This document shows positions 1 to 8,327 of a stretch of 64,000 nt of DNA, one piece after another. The translations under genes and the position numbers were made by a program. Position 1 is the stretch's first letter, and each line of letters starts with the position of its first letter. The stretch lies in NCBI GenBank assembly GCA_001189215.1, contig LFCR01000002.1, forward strand, positions 10,677 to 74,676, given 5' to 3'. Below the pieces are notes generated by a model. The model worked only from the letters and a program-made list of their open reading frames with translations, searched no databases and had not been told where the DNA came from. This DNA comes from Parcubacteria bacterium C7867-008 (GTDB lineage Bacteria; Patescibacteriota; Minisyncoccia; Phycocordibacterales; Phycocordibacteraceae).

Positions 1-237
1 GGTTTACCGCAACGTAGCTGATGCGTGGGCGTACGGTACGAGAACGATTCTTACCATGTCCACGAAGTTTAGGCATCTTCTTGATGAGGTCACGCATCTC
101 AGGACGCTTCTTGTGACCAGCACGTGCATTCTGACCCTTGGTACCACGACCAGAAGTCTTTCCACGAGTACCGCCACGTCCGACACGAGCGGAAGTGATG
201 CGAGGAGTCTTGGGTGCGAGTGTGTTTATCTGCATAA
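1..237 (-). CDS. rplO: 50S ribosomal protein L15, N-terminal part (gene continues past window start)
   Basis: revcomp of 1-237 reads MQINTLAPKTPRITSARVGRGGTRGKTSGRGTKGQNARAGHKKRPEMRDLIKKMPKLRGHGK, the canonical L15 N-terminus; ATG at 235-237. Confidence 0.85.
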
Positions 238-244
238 AAATGTC

Positions 245-853
245 TTAGCCTTTGAGCTGCTTGAGTGCGGCGATGGTGGCGCGGGCGATGGTGAGCTTGT
301 TCTTAGAACGAGTCTGGATCTTTGCAATCACGTTGGTGACACCAGCGTGCTCAAGTACCACACGCATTGCTGAGCCAGCAACAATACCGCGACCTGGAGA
401 TGGAATCATCTCTACCGTGCTTGATGCATACTTTGCGTGTACCTCATGTGCGATAGAGCGTTCCTTGGTAAGAGGGACTGTGAAGAGTGCCTTCTTTGCA
501 GCACGTACTGCCTTATCGATAGCAAGTGCGGTATCTGCTCCCTTTCCAACACCAACACCAACACGTCCCTTCTTGTCTCCGATAACTACGGTAACGCTGA
601 ATGAGAAACGACGACCTCCTGCCATAACACGAGCAACACGACGTACTTCAAGCGTAGCCTGTTCGAACTCGCTGCGCTCACGGGGAGCACGTTCGCGAGG
701 ACGACCACCAGGACGTCCACCTGGGCGACCACCTGCACCGCGAGCACCGCGCTGCGGACGGGTGTCTGCAGGAGCTGCTTCAACAGGTGCAGCCTCAATA
801 GGTGCTTCGGTTGGAACGATCTCGTTCTCGGTCATAGTAGTAGTGTCAGTCAT
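245..853 (-). CDS. rpsE: 30S ribosomal protein S5 with Pro/Gly/Arg-rich N-terminal extension
   Basis: GGRRFSFSVTVVIGDKKGRVGVGVGKG and C-terminal S5 motifs; position between L18 and L15. Confidence 0.95.
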   Translation of the reverse strand: MTDTTTMTENEIVPTEAPIEAAPVEAAPADTRPQRGARGAGGRPGGRPGGRPRERAPRERSEFEQATLEVRRVARVMAGGRRFSFSVTVVIGDKKGRVGVGVGKGADTALAIDKAVRAAKKALFTVPLTKERSIAHEVHAKYASSTVEMIPSPGRGIVAGSAMRVVLEHAGVTNVIAKIQTRSKNKLTIARATIAALKQLKG

Positions 854-859
854 AAAATA

Positions 860-1204
860 TTAGAAAGCGAGACCTGATTCACGGGCAGCATCCGCAAGCT
901 TCTTAACCTGAGCAGCGTATGCATAGCCACCGCGATCGAATACGACCGTAGTGATGCCTGCTTTTACTGCACGCTCAGCAACCGCCTTCCCTACTGCAGC
1001 AGCCTGAAGGGTCTGTGCACCTGGGAATTCGCGGCCATGTGCAGCAGCAATAGTACGTCCTGCAACATCATCGATAATCTGTGCAGATACGAAACGGTTT
1101 GAGCGATGGATCGCAAGGCGTGGACGAACAGCCGTTCCAGAAACCTGAGAACGAATGCGCTTGTGTCGTCGTGCGCGAAGCACTTGTTTGCTGATAGTAG
1201 TCAT
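860..1204 (-). CDS. rplR: 50S ribosomal protein L18
   Basis: translation [17 protein letters not shown]...[28 protein letters not shown] matches L18; operon position. Confidence 0.95.
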   Translation of the reverse strand: MTTISKQVLRARRHKRIRSQVSGTAVRPRLAIHRSNRFVSAQIIDDVAGRTIAAAHGREFPGAQTLQAAAVGKAVAERAVKAGITTVVFDRGGYAYAAQVKKLADAARESGLAF

Positions 1205-1210
1205 AGTGGA

Positions 1211-1744
1211 TTAGACGGCTTTCTTGCCCTGCTTACGGCGGATTACTTCGTCATCATACTTAATACCCTTACCAAGATATGGTTCCGGTGGCTTGATTCC
1301 GCGTATCTCAGCAGCGAACTGGCCAACCTTCTGCTTGTCTGCACCCTCAATAGTCATTGTGGTCTTAACAACACCAACGGTGATACCTTCAGGAATCTTA
1401 ACTACAACTGGGTGTGAGAAACCAACTGCGAATACGAGCTCACTTCCCTTTAGTTCAACCTTGTATCCAACACCGTTAAGGATGAGTACCTTCTTGAACG
1501 GAGTCTCTACGCCCTGCATCATTGCAATAACGTGTGCAGCGAATGTTCCGGTTAGTGCCTTTGCAAGTTTGCTTGAGTTGTTTGGAGTGATGACAACACC
1601 TTCATCTGTAACATTGATAGAAATAGAAGAATGTACAGAACGAGAGAGAGTCTCCTTTGCTCCTTTTACGGAAAGCATGCCATCACCTGCGGTAACGGTT
1701 ACTTTTGAAGGAATCTGGATTGGTTTCTTTGCAAGACGGCTCAT
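1211..1744 (-). CDS. rplF: 50S ribosomal protein L6
   Basis: MSRLAKKPIQIP...two L6 repeats; ORF track extends to 1858 but homology starts at ATG 1744. Confidence 0.9.
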   Translation of the reverse strand: MSRLAKKPIQIPSKVTVTAGDGMLSVKGAKETLSRSVHSSISINVTDEGVVITPNNSSKLAKALTGTFAAHVIAMMQGVETPFKKVLILNGVGYKVELKGSELVFAVGFSHPVVVKIPEGITVGVVKTTMTIEGADKQKVGQFAAEIRGIKPPEPYLGKGIKYDDEVIRRKQGKKAV

Positions 1745-1754
1745 AAATAATGTA

Positions 1755-2147
1755 TTACCAGATCTCGAAGAGATTCTCACCTCCTGCACGTACCTTGCGT
1801 GCTTCCTTGTCTGTAAGGATTCCCTTTGGAGTTGAGATGATGCGAGCACCAAGACCATTCTTTACGGCATGTGCTTCAGTAGAAGAAACATAGAGACGAC
1901 GACCTGGCTTAGAGATACGCTTTACGTCAGTGATCTTGTGATTACCACGCGCATCATAGGCGAGAGTAACTTCGATCTGGAACGGTGCCTTCTTGGTAAC
2001 CTCAACACGCTCTACGAAGCCAAGCTCCTTAAGCTTGTTAGCAATCTCTTCAATATGCTTGGAATGAGGAGCAGACACCATCGTGTTACCGATAGCTCCT
2101 GCATTCTTTAGACGGATTATAAAATCTCCTACGCGGTCAGATACCAT
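1755..2147 (-). CDS. rpsH: 30S ribosomal protein S8
   Basis: MVSDRVGDFIIRLKNA...ISTPKGILTDKEARKVRAGGENLFEIW typical S8. Confidence 0.9.
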   Translation of the reverse strand: MVSDRVGDFIIRLKNAGAIGNTMVSAPHSKHIEEIANKLKELGFVERVEVTKKAPFQIEVTLAYDARGNHKITDVKRISKPGRRLYVSSTEAHAVKNGLGARIISTPKGILTDKEARKVRAGGENLFEIW

Positions 2148-2158
2148 ACAAAAAATAA

Positions 2159-2428
2159 TTACCAAGAAGCTTTCTTAACACCCGGAATCTTACCCTCACG
2201 TGCCATCTCGCGGAACTGGATGCGAGAAAGACCGAATGTACGCATATAGCCACGACCACGACCAGTGATAGCACAACGATTCTTGATACGTACTGGGGAA
2301 GAGTTCTTCGGAAGAGCCTGTAGACCTTCCCAGTCACCCGCAGCCTTAAGAGCCGCCCGCTTTTCAGCGTACTGCGCGACAAGCTTCACCTTCTTGGCGT
2401 TGCGAGCGATTTGGGATGTTTTAGCCAT
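2159..2428 (-). CDS. rpsN: 30S ribosomal protein S14 (long, non-zinc type)
   Basis: [13 protein letters not shown]...[21 protein letters not shown]. Confidence 0.9.
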   Translation of the reverse strand: MAKTSQIARNAKKVKLVAQYAEKRAALKAAGDWEGLQALPKNSSPVRIKNRCAITGRGRGYMRTFGLSRIQFREMAREGKIPGVKKASW

Positions 2429-2539
2429 ACGAAAAATAGCTCCGGAGAGCGTGCAAGTAATGTATCAGTTAGTATTTAGCGTGTCAAACAGCGGAGGACC
2501 CAGTCAGAACGAGTGTCTGATTGGGTCCCCTTGTTTGGC

Positions 2540-2890
2540 TTACCAGCTGAGGTGAATAGGTACCAGGAATGGTGCTTCCTGATCGATTTCGGACCGCGCA
2601 ATCGTCCTGAAAGTGGCCCGGACAGTAATCCCGACCTTTTGCACCTCCCGTATCAGCGCGTCGAGGAACTTCCGGAGCTTCCCCTCCACGAAGTGGCCGG
2701 CCTCAGACGTAAGGAACCAAATAACAGTTTCATCCTTTCCTGAGTCTGCTGCGGCCTTCTGATACTGAAGCAGATCGCTCGCGAACCACTCGCGGGCGAC
2801 CTGAACTGGATCCCGATCGTCGAGCTGGATCCCGATGGGATCTCCAGCTATCGCTGCGTCAAATATGTCAGGTGATTTAGTCAAGATCAT
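2540..2890 (-). CDS. hypothetical 116-aa protein inserted between rpsN and rplE
   Basis: uninterrupted ORF, visibly GC-richer than the flanking r-protein genes, no r-protein similarity. Confidence 0.45.
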   Translation of the reverse strand: MILTKSPDIFDAAIAGDPIGIQLDDRDPVQVAREWFASDLLQYQKAAADSGKDETVIWFLTSEAGHFVEGKLRKFLDALIREVQKVGITVRATFRTIARSEIDQEAPFLVPIHLSW

Positions 2891-2982
2891 ATCTCCACCG
2901 CTTATGTTTCAGTCTGTCAGCAGCTAACCATCTAAGTATACCAATGTCAAAAAAGACCCCTTTGCGGGGCCCTTTGTTTTTC

Positions 2983-3522
2983 CTATACACCAACCTTGAG
3001 TGGTATGCCGAGGTGTCGGTAGAAGGCTTCTGCCTCCTCCTTACCTTTTGCGGTGGTTACGAGTGTGATAGCAAGACCAAACACATCCTTGAGATCCTCT
3101 TCGCTTGTTTCAGGGAAGATGCTGTTCTCACGGATACCAATGGTGAGGTTACCCATTGCATCGATAGCACTTGCATTAAGACCACGGAAGTCACGAGTAC
3201 GTGGAAGTGCGATGTTTACGAGCTTGTCGAGGAAGTCGCGCATACGGTCCCCACGAAGGGTTACCTGGTATCCAACTACTTCACCCTCACGAAGCTTGAA
3301 TGATGCAATAGACTGGCGTGCAGCGCGCTCAGATGGCTTCTGGCCGGTGATACGAGCAAGACGATCTGCCACAACCTTGTTGCGGTTCTTGTCACGAGCC
3401 TTTCCAACGCCCGATGATACGACGATCTTAAGAAGGCGTGGTGCTGCCATCGGATTGGTGTATCCGAAGGTACCCTTGAGGGTATCGTATGCGTTCTTCT
3501 GCTTTTCTTTGGTAATAATCAT
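2983..3522 (-). CDS. rplE: 50S ribosomal protein L5
   Basis: MIITKEKQKNAYDTLKGTFGYTNPMAAPRLLKIVVSSGVG... typical L5. Confidence 0.95.
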   Translation of the reverse strand: MIITKEKQKNAYDTLKGTFGYTNPMAAPRLLKIVVSSGVGKARDKNRNKVVADRLARITGQKPSERAARQSIASFKLREGEVVGYQVTLRGDRMRDFLDKLVNIALPRTRDFRGLNASAIDAMGNLTIGIRENSIFPETSEEDLKDVFGLAITLVTTAKGKEEAEAFYRHLGIPLKVGV

Positions 3523-3532
3523 AAAAGTGTAA

Positions 3533-3850
3533 TTACGAGAGTGTCGTGTTGCTCTTCTTTGCTACACGAACCATCTTTCCGTCTTCCTTAGTACGAGCAA
3601 TGCGAGTTCCCTTCTTGCTCTTAGGATCGAGGAACATAACGTTAGATGCATCAATAGCACGTGGACGCTCAACGATAGAGCCAGACTGCTGTCCGCCGCG
3701 ACCACCCTTGAGGTGACGCTTTACGAGTGCAACACCGTCAATAACCACCTGACCAGTTGCAGGAAGTGCACGAGTGATAGTGCCAGTACGGCCCTTATCC
3801 TTTCCTGATACTACGATCACCTGATCTCCTTTTTTGAGTTTCATCTTCAT
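3533..3850 (-). CDS. rplX: 50S ribosomal protein L24
   Basis: KLKKGDQVIVVSGKDKGRTGTI KOW motif. Confidence 0.9.
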   Translation of the reverse strand: MKMKLKKGDQVIVVSGKDKGRTGTITRALPATGQVVIDGVALVKRHLKGGRGGQQSGSIVERPRAIDASNVMFLDPKSKKGTRIARTKEDGKMVRVAKKSNTTLS

Positions 3851-3861
3851 AAATAAATAGG

Positions 3862-4239
3862 TTAGATGACTTCAGGTGCGATAGACGCGATGTTCTGCCA
3901 TCCGCGTTCGATAAGGTCGCGAGGTACTGGACCGAATACACGATTGCCCTTAGGTCCCATCTCCTTACCCTGCTTCTCGATGAGAACAACTGCGTTGTCA
4001 TCAAAGCGGATGTAGGAACCGTTTGCACGGCGATATGCCTTGCGCTGACGTACTACAACAGCCTTGTAGATGTCCTTCTTCTTTACTGCCTTACGAGGCT
4101 CTGCTGTCTGAACAGACACCACAACGACGTCTCCGATTTCTGCATAGCGACGCTTTGAACCACCGAGCACCTTGAAGACGCGCGCTACTTTAGCGCCTGA
4201 GTTGTCTGCGACGGTGACGATGGATTGTGGCTGCAACAT
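3862..4239 (-). CDS. rplN: 50S ribosomal protein L14
   Basis: MLQPQSIVTVADNSGAKVARVFKVLGG... Confidence 0.95.
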   Translation of the reverse strand: MLQPQSIVTVADNSGAKVARVFKVLGGSKRRYAEIGDVVVVSVQTAEPRKAVKKKDIYKAVVVRQRKAYRRANGSYIRFDDNAVVLIEKQGKEMGPKGNRVFGPVPRDLIERGWQNIASIAPEVI

Positions 4240-4256
4240 AGTAAATAAGTTAAATG

Positions 4257-4499
4257 CTATTTCGCGATAGCGAAGTGCTTGTTCTTAGAGATTGGACGGC
4301 ACGCGACGATTGTTACGTCATCTCCTACCTTCACCGTGTTCTCTGGGTCATGCACAAGGTATTTCTTCGTGCGTACCTGGTACTTCTTGTACTTAGGGTG
4401 CTTCACGTAGCGAGATACTGCAACGGTTGCCGTATCCTTCATGGCCGTCTTTACGACAGTTCCGCGGAAGGTCTGGGGGCGAGTAGTGGTTGTTTCCAT
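4257..4499 (-). CDS. rpsQ: 30S ribosomal protein S17
   Basis: RPQTFRGTVVKTAMKDTATVAVSRYVKHPKYKKY... Confidence 0.9.
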   Translation of the reverse strand: METTTTRPQTFRGTVVKTAMKDTATVAVSRYVKHPKYKKYQVRTKKYLVHDPENTVKVGDDVTIVACRPISKNKHFAIAK

Positions 4500-4507
4500 A
4501 GTAAATG

Positions 4508-4720
4508 TTATGCAGCTGCTTCTTCTGATACAGCACCGCGAGTACCGAGCTCGTAGAGTACACGTGCGATCTCCTTACGGATGCGTGAATGTGCATTCGT
4601 ATCTTTCGGACGAGCGCCGACAGATGCGAAACGAGTTGATCGAAGTTCTTCGCGCTTCTCAGCAAGCATCTTCTTGAGCTCTTCGGTCTTCTTCTCGGTG
4701 AGGGTAATTTTCTTTGCCAT
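4508..4720 (-). CDS. rpmC: 50S ribosomal protein L29
   Basis: 70-aa helical protein KKTEELKKMLAEKREELRSTRF, position between L16 and S17. Confidence 0.9.
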   Translation of the reverse strand: MAKKITLTEKKTEELKKMLAEKREELRSTRFASVGARPKDTNAHSRIRKEIARVLYELGTRGAVSEEAAA

Positions 4721-4729
4721 ACGTAAATT

Positions 4730-5152
4730 CTAGCTGCGGGTGATGACACTTGTCTTAAGAGGAAGCTTTGCAGCAGCGCGACGCATTGCGTCACGAGCCA
4801 CACCATCCGCTACACCATCGAGTTCGAAGAGAACACGTCCCGGACGTACTTCGAATACGAAGTGCTTCGGATCACCCTTACCCTTACCCATCTTCAGACC
4901 AGCTGCCTTCTCGGTGATTGGACGATCTGGGAAGATACGGATCCAAAGCTTTCCTCCCTTACCTGTTGCACGAGTGAGCACTTTACGTGCTGCTTCGATC
5001 TGGTTAGAAGTGATGCGGCTTGGGGTGATTGCCTTCATGCCGTATGCACCGAAAGATACCGTGGTACCACGCGTGTCTGGACGTGCGAGCTTTTCAGGGC
5101 TCTTGCGCATGGTCTGCCACTTTCGGTGTTTTACTTTCTTAGGAAACAACAT
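4730..5152 (-). CDS. rplP: 50S ribosomal protein L16
   Basis: MLFPKKVKHRKWQTMR...GKGKGDPKHFVFEVRPGRVLFEL. Confidence 0.95.
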   Translation of the reverse strand: MLFPKKVKHRKWQTMRKSPEKLARPDTRGTTVSFGAYGMKAITPSRITSNQIEAARKVLTRATGKGGKLWIRIFPDRPITEKAAGLKMGKGKGDPKHFVFEVRPGRVLFELDGVADGVARDAMRRAAAKLPLKTSVITRS

Positions 5153-5158
5153 ACGCGT

Positions 5159-5857
5159 TTATTTAGAGCGAGCGTTAGAAGAACCTGCTGGTGCATTATC
5201 TGCAGCGAACTGATCGCCGAGATAGATCCACACCTTGATGCCGATAACACCGTACGGAAGAAGTGCTTCCTGATGAGCGTAATCAATATTTGCACGGAAG
5301 GTCTGAAGTGGAATACGACCACGCTTGATCTGCTCTGTGCGAGACATATCAGCGCCACCAAGACGACCAGACACTACGATGCGAACACCGATAACGTCAC
5401 GGACGGCCATTACCTTCTCTACCGTCTGCTTAAGCACACGACGGAATGGCATACGCTTCTCAAGTCCTTCAACCACCATCATGCCTACTACTGCAGCAGA
5501 AGTTTCTGGCTGTCGGATCTCCATGATGTCTAGCTTGATCGTACGACCATGTTTAGAAGCAACCTTCTGTACTGCCATAGTGAGTTCCTTGCGGAGCTTT
5601 GTGGCATTCTCGCCAGAACGACCAATCACGAGGCCAGGGCGCGCGGTGTGGAGGATCACACGGACTTCAGCTGAAGATCGTTCGATCTCGATCTCTGCAA
5701 TGTGCATGTTACGAAGCTTCTTCTTGAGGAATGCACGGATAGTCTCATCAACGAGAATGTTCTCGCGATACGTCTTCTTGTCTGCAGCAAACCAACGGCT
5801 TCGCCAATCGCGAATGATGCCAAGTCGGTGTGCGTAAGGATGTACGGTGTGAGTCAT
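5159..5857 (-). CDS. rpsC: 30S ribosomal protein S3
   Basis: MTHTVHPYAHRLGIIRDWRSRWFA... KH domain ... Confidence 0.95.
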   Translation of the reverse strand: MTHTVHPYAHRLGIIRDWRSRWFAADKKTYRENILVDETIRAFLKKKLRNMHIAEIEIERSSAEVRVILHTARPGLVIGRSGENATKLRKELTMAVQKVASKHGRTIKLDIMEIRQPETSAAVVGMMVVEGLEKRMPFRRVLKQTVEKVMAVRDVIGVRIVVSGRLGGADMSRTEQIKRGRIPLQTFRANIDYAHQEALLPYGVIGIKVWIYLGDQFAADNAPAGSSNARSK

Positions 5858-6120
5858 GGTATTGAAAAGGGCATGTACTTAACGAGCATACCTGCGCTGT
5901 TAACCGTGATGTTCTGAACACGGAGAGCTGCTTCGTCTTCACCCTGCTGCTTAGCATTAGCTACCGCAGACTGGATGAGCTTAGCGATAGGTAGAGATGC
6001 ACGCTTCGGAAGGAACGCGAGGGCATTAAGCGCATCCTGCACTGACTTACCCTTAACAAGGTCCGTAACGAGACGTACCTTGCGAGGAGACTGGTTGTAG
6101 CTAGTGAGTTCTGCTTTCAT
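5854..6120 (-). CDS. rplV: 50S ribosomal protein L22 (short, 88 aa; C-terminal GRA..KRTSHI segment absent)
   Basis: MKAELTSYNQSPRKVRLVTDLVKGKSVQDALNALAFLPKRA...; stop overlaps rpsC ATG (ATGA); no continuation in other frames. Confidence 0.85.
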   Translation of the reverse strand: MKAELTSYNQSPRKVRLVTDLVKGKSVQDALNALAFLPKRASLPIAKLIQSAVANAKQQGEDEAALRVQNITVNSAGMLVKYMPFSIP

Positions 6121-6123
6121 ACC

Positions 6124-6474
6124 TTATTTCTTCTTTGCGGTTGCAGCAGGTGCTGCCTTAGCAGCCTTTGCAGCTGCGATTTCAGAGTCTTTCTTCTTCT
6201 GCTCGAGTTCCTTCTGCATCTTACCGCCGTGACGGATGAATTTCTTGGTTGGTGAGAACTCGCCAAGGCGGTGCCCCACCATTTCCTCAGAAACAAGCAC
6301 TTCAAGGTGCTTCTGGCCATTATGGACACCAATGGTAAAGCCCACCATTTCTGGAGAGATCATGCTGGCACGTGCCCACGTCTTAATGACGCCTGCAGTT
6401 GATGCCTTAGCGTTGGATACCTTTTTGAGGAGTTTTACGTCCACGTAAGGGCCTTTCTTGAGTGATCGAGACAT
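6124..6474 (-). CDS. rpsS: 30S ribosomal protein S19 with about 28-aa Lys/Ala-rich C-terminal tail
   Basis: [19 protein letters not shown]...[13 protein letters not shown] then ...[17 protein letters not shown]; ORF track start 6495 is upstream of the homologous ATG 6474. Confidence 0.9.
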   Translation of the reverse strand: MSRSLKKGPYVDVKLLKKVSNAKASTAGVIKTWARASMISPEMVGFTIGVHNGQKHLEVLVSEEMVGHRLGEFSPTKKFIRHGGKMQKELEQKKKDSEIAAAKAAKAAPAATAKKK

Positions 6475-6481
6475 GCGAAGT

Positions 6482-6502
6482 AAAAACCCGCGCAAGCGCG
6501 AG
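6482..6502 (-). promoter_or_regulatory. GC hairpin plus U-tract (minus-strand cucgcg-cuug-cgcggg-uuuuu) about 10 nt upstream of the rpsS ATG; terminator or attenuator-like leader element
   Basis: plus strand AAAAACCCGCGCAAGCGCGAG; near-identical AAAAACCCGCGC element also precedes rpsL (20948-20966). Confidence 0.4.
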
Positions 6503-6593
6503 ATAGGTAAAATCTATATGAAACTAAGTGTCAAATTTAGGGGGTCGTGGTAGGGTCGTAGCAGGAAGCACCATGACATGAGGGGTTTGCGAA

Positions 6594-6971
6594 ATGTCCG
6601 GAGGGCACGGGAATATCATCCAATTTGAGCTGAAACTTGAATTAGAGGGGAAAATATCGCTTGGCACATACCGAGTCTATGACAACCAGGGTAATGCCTT
6701 TACAACCCTTTTCCTGAGCCTGAGAAGGGATGGCTGGGTTCTGTCTACAGAAAGCCTCAGGAAGCTGTTGCTCGTTCTGCTCACGCACACACGAGTCTCG
6801 CTTAATGAAGTGGTGGTTGATGCTTTGTGTTACTACCGCAAGTTGAGCTACGCCGAGAAGGCAGCTCTTGGTGGCGCGATTGATTCAGGCACCGGAATCA
6901 AATTCTATGTGTACGACGGTTGTGATCTATACAGCAACACTCCAGGCGCCTGCATCGCAAGTTTGATGTAA
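6594..6971 (+). CDS. hypothetical 125-aa protein
   Basis: ORF with GAGGGG Shine-Dalgarno 7 nt upstream of the ATG; opposite strand to the ribosomal operon. Confidence 0.4.
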   Translation: MSGGHGNIIQFELKLELEGKISLGTYRVYDNQGNAFTTLFLSLRRDGWVLSTESLRKLLLVLLTHTRVSLNEVVVDALCYYRKLSYAEKAALGGAIDSGTGIKFYVYDGCDLYSNTPGACIASLM

Positions 6972-7049
6972 ATACTAGCCAAGGAGCACGAATGGGGTCT
7001 TGCGGAAACGCAGGACCCTTCCGTTTTTTCTCATGATGCGGAGCTATAC

Positions 7050-7886
7050 TTGGAACATATGGAATATACAGAAATGAATAACAAGCATAAGGCACTGATC
7101 GGTGTAGGAGCCCTTGTACTTATCTTTCTTATCTTTGCTATCTGGTACATGGCTACCCATCAAGCTCCTGCTCCTGTTGGGCCTGTTATAGCAACCTCCA
7201 CTCCAGTGACCACAAGCAGCAGTACACAGACCATTACTGATAACAGCCAATATTACGAGATCAAAGCGACTTATCCTGCTTCTACCCTTCTCAAACAAAC
7301 AACTAGTGAACGAGCCGATACTGAAGCGGTATCCATAATGAAAACATTCGTTGAACAGGAAATCGCTCGATTTAAAGACAATGGAAACTTTGCCAACTTA
7401 ACTCAAGAGGATATCCAGATACAGGGTCTGGGAAATGGCCGCAAATACACTCTCGATGCTGAGTATCAGACATACCAAGGAAAACACACGGTCTCCTACG
7501 TATATACGATAAACCTCGATACCCTTGGAGCACACGGAAACAGCTATTACCGGGTATTCACCTTCGATACTGCAGCAGGCCAGAGTCTTGAGCTGGATGA
7601 CCTCTTTGTCTCAAACAGTGGGTACCTGGAGAAACTCAGTAACATTAGTCGTGTTGATCTACCTGGTGTCATTAGTGCTAAGTTTGGTGAGAGTCCAGAC
7701 ATGGAAGATATTAAGAGTGGTACTACTGCAGACGCTGAAAACTTCCAGAGTTGGTACATAGAAGGTACAAACCTTGTACTTATATTTCCTCCCTATCAGG
7801 TTGGTCCTTACACAATTGGAACCACACTCCTCCCTATTCAACTTTCTCGTCTAGGTGACATGCTTAAAGCAACCTACGTTCCCTAA
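7050..7886 (+). CDS. membrane-anchored DUF4163/DUF3298-like (RsiV/PdaC-type) protein
   Basis: N-terminal TM helix (ALIGVGALVLIFLIFAIWY), Ser/Thr linker, then a two-domain body resembling anti-sigma-V RsiV-like proteins; TTG start with GGAG 6 nt upstream (alternative ATGs at 7059 and 7074). Confidence 0.55.
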   Translation: MEHMEYTEMNNKHKALIGVGALVLIFLIFAIWYMATHQAPAPVGPVIATSTPVTTSSSTQTITDNSQYYEIKATYPASTLLKQTTSERADTEAVSIMKTFVEQEIARFKDNGNFANLTQEDIQIQGLGNGRKYTLDAEYQTYQGKHTVSYVYTINLDTLGAHGNSYYRVFTFDTAAGQSLELDDLFVSNSGYLEKLSNISRVDLPGVISAKFGESPDMEDIKSGTTADAENFQSWYIEGTNLVLIFPPYQVGPYTIGTTLLPIQLSRLGDMLKATYVP

Positions 7887-7969
7887 CTACACCTTCTTCA
7901 ACCGCACCAGTTCTACGAGCGTTGCCTGCACGTTCAGAACGAGGCTCTGTGTGTTGAGAACTATCTTCT

Positions 7970-8215
7970 CTAGAGAGAGAGAAACCTGTCTTCCAGTTTC
8001 TTGAATCTTAGATCAACTTTATCGAACCGTTGATCGATCTGAATGAACCCCTGGTCAATCTTTGAGAATCTTTCATCCACATGCTCGCGAAGAGCATCTA
8101 TACGATCATCAGAGATATCACATCGATCATGTAACGACACAATCTGATCCATTACGTCATAAAGTGTTGGTTCTGTCGTATCAGTCTGAATAACGGATTC
8201 GATTGTGTGTGGCAT
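7970..8215 (-). CDS. hypothetical 81-aa coiled-coil protein with 11-residue RF-x-K-x-D repeats
   Basis: ERFSKIDQGF/IQIDQRFDKVD/LRFKKLEDRFL periodic repeats. Confidence 0.4.
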   Translation of the reverse strand: MPHTIESVIQTDTTEPTLYDVMDQIVSLHDRCDISDDRIDALREHVDERFSKIDQGFIQIDQRFDKVDLRFKKLEDRFLSL

Positions 8216-8276
8216 ACAGATTGCATTAGTGGTGAGTACCTATTAAGGCTAGCAACCTATGCTCATAAACAACGAA

Positions 8277-8301
8277 GAAACCCGTCCACAGGACGGGTTT
8301 C
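8277..8301 (-). terminator. intrinsic terminator after rplB (11-bp stem gaaacccgtcc/ggacgggtttc, loop aca, followed by a modest U-rich run on the minus strand)
   Basis: perfect inverted repeat 27 nt downstream of the rplB stop. Confidence 0.6.
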
Positions 8302-8327
8302 TTCTAAAGGAAAACTTTATATCTTCC

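Noticed and set aside
252-863. 203-aa plus-strand ORF overlapping rpsE
   Set aside because: Antisense shadow of the S5 gene. Low-complexity translation with no independent signals.
4862-5533. 223-aa plus-strand ORF
   Set aside because: Antisense to rplP and rpsC. No start signals.
7961-7985. (TC)n/(GA)n inverted low-complexity stretch at the stop of the coiled-coil ORF, considered as a terminator
   Set aside because: Imperfect pairing and no U-tract.
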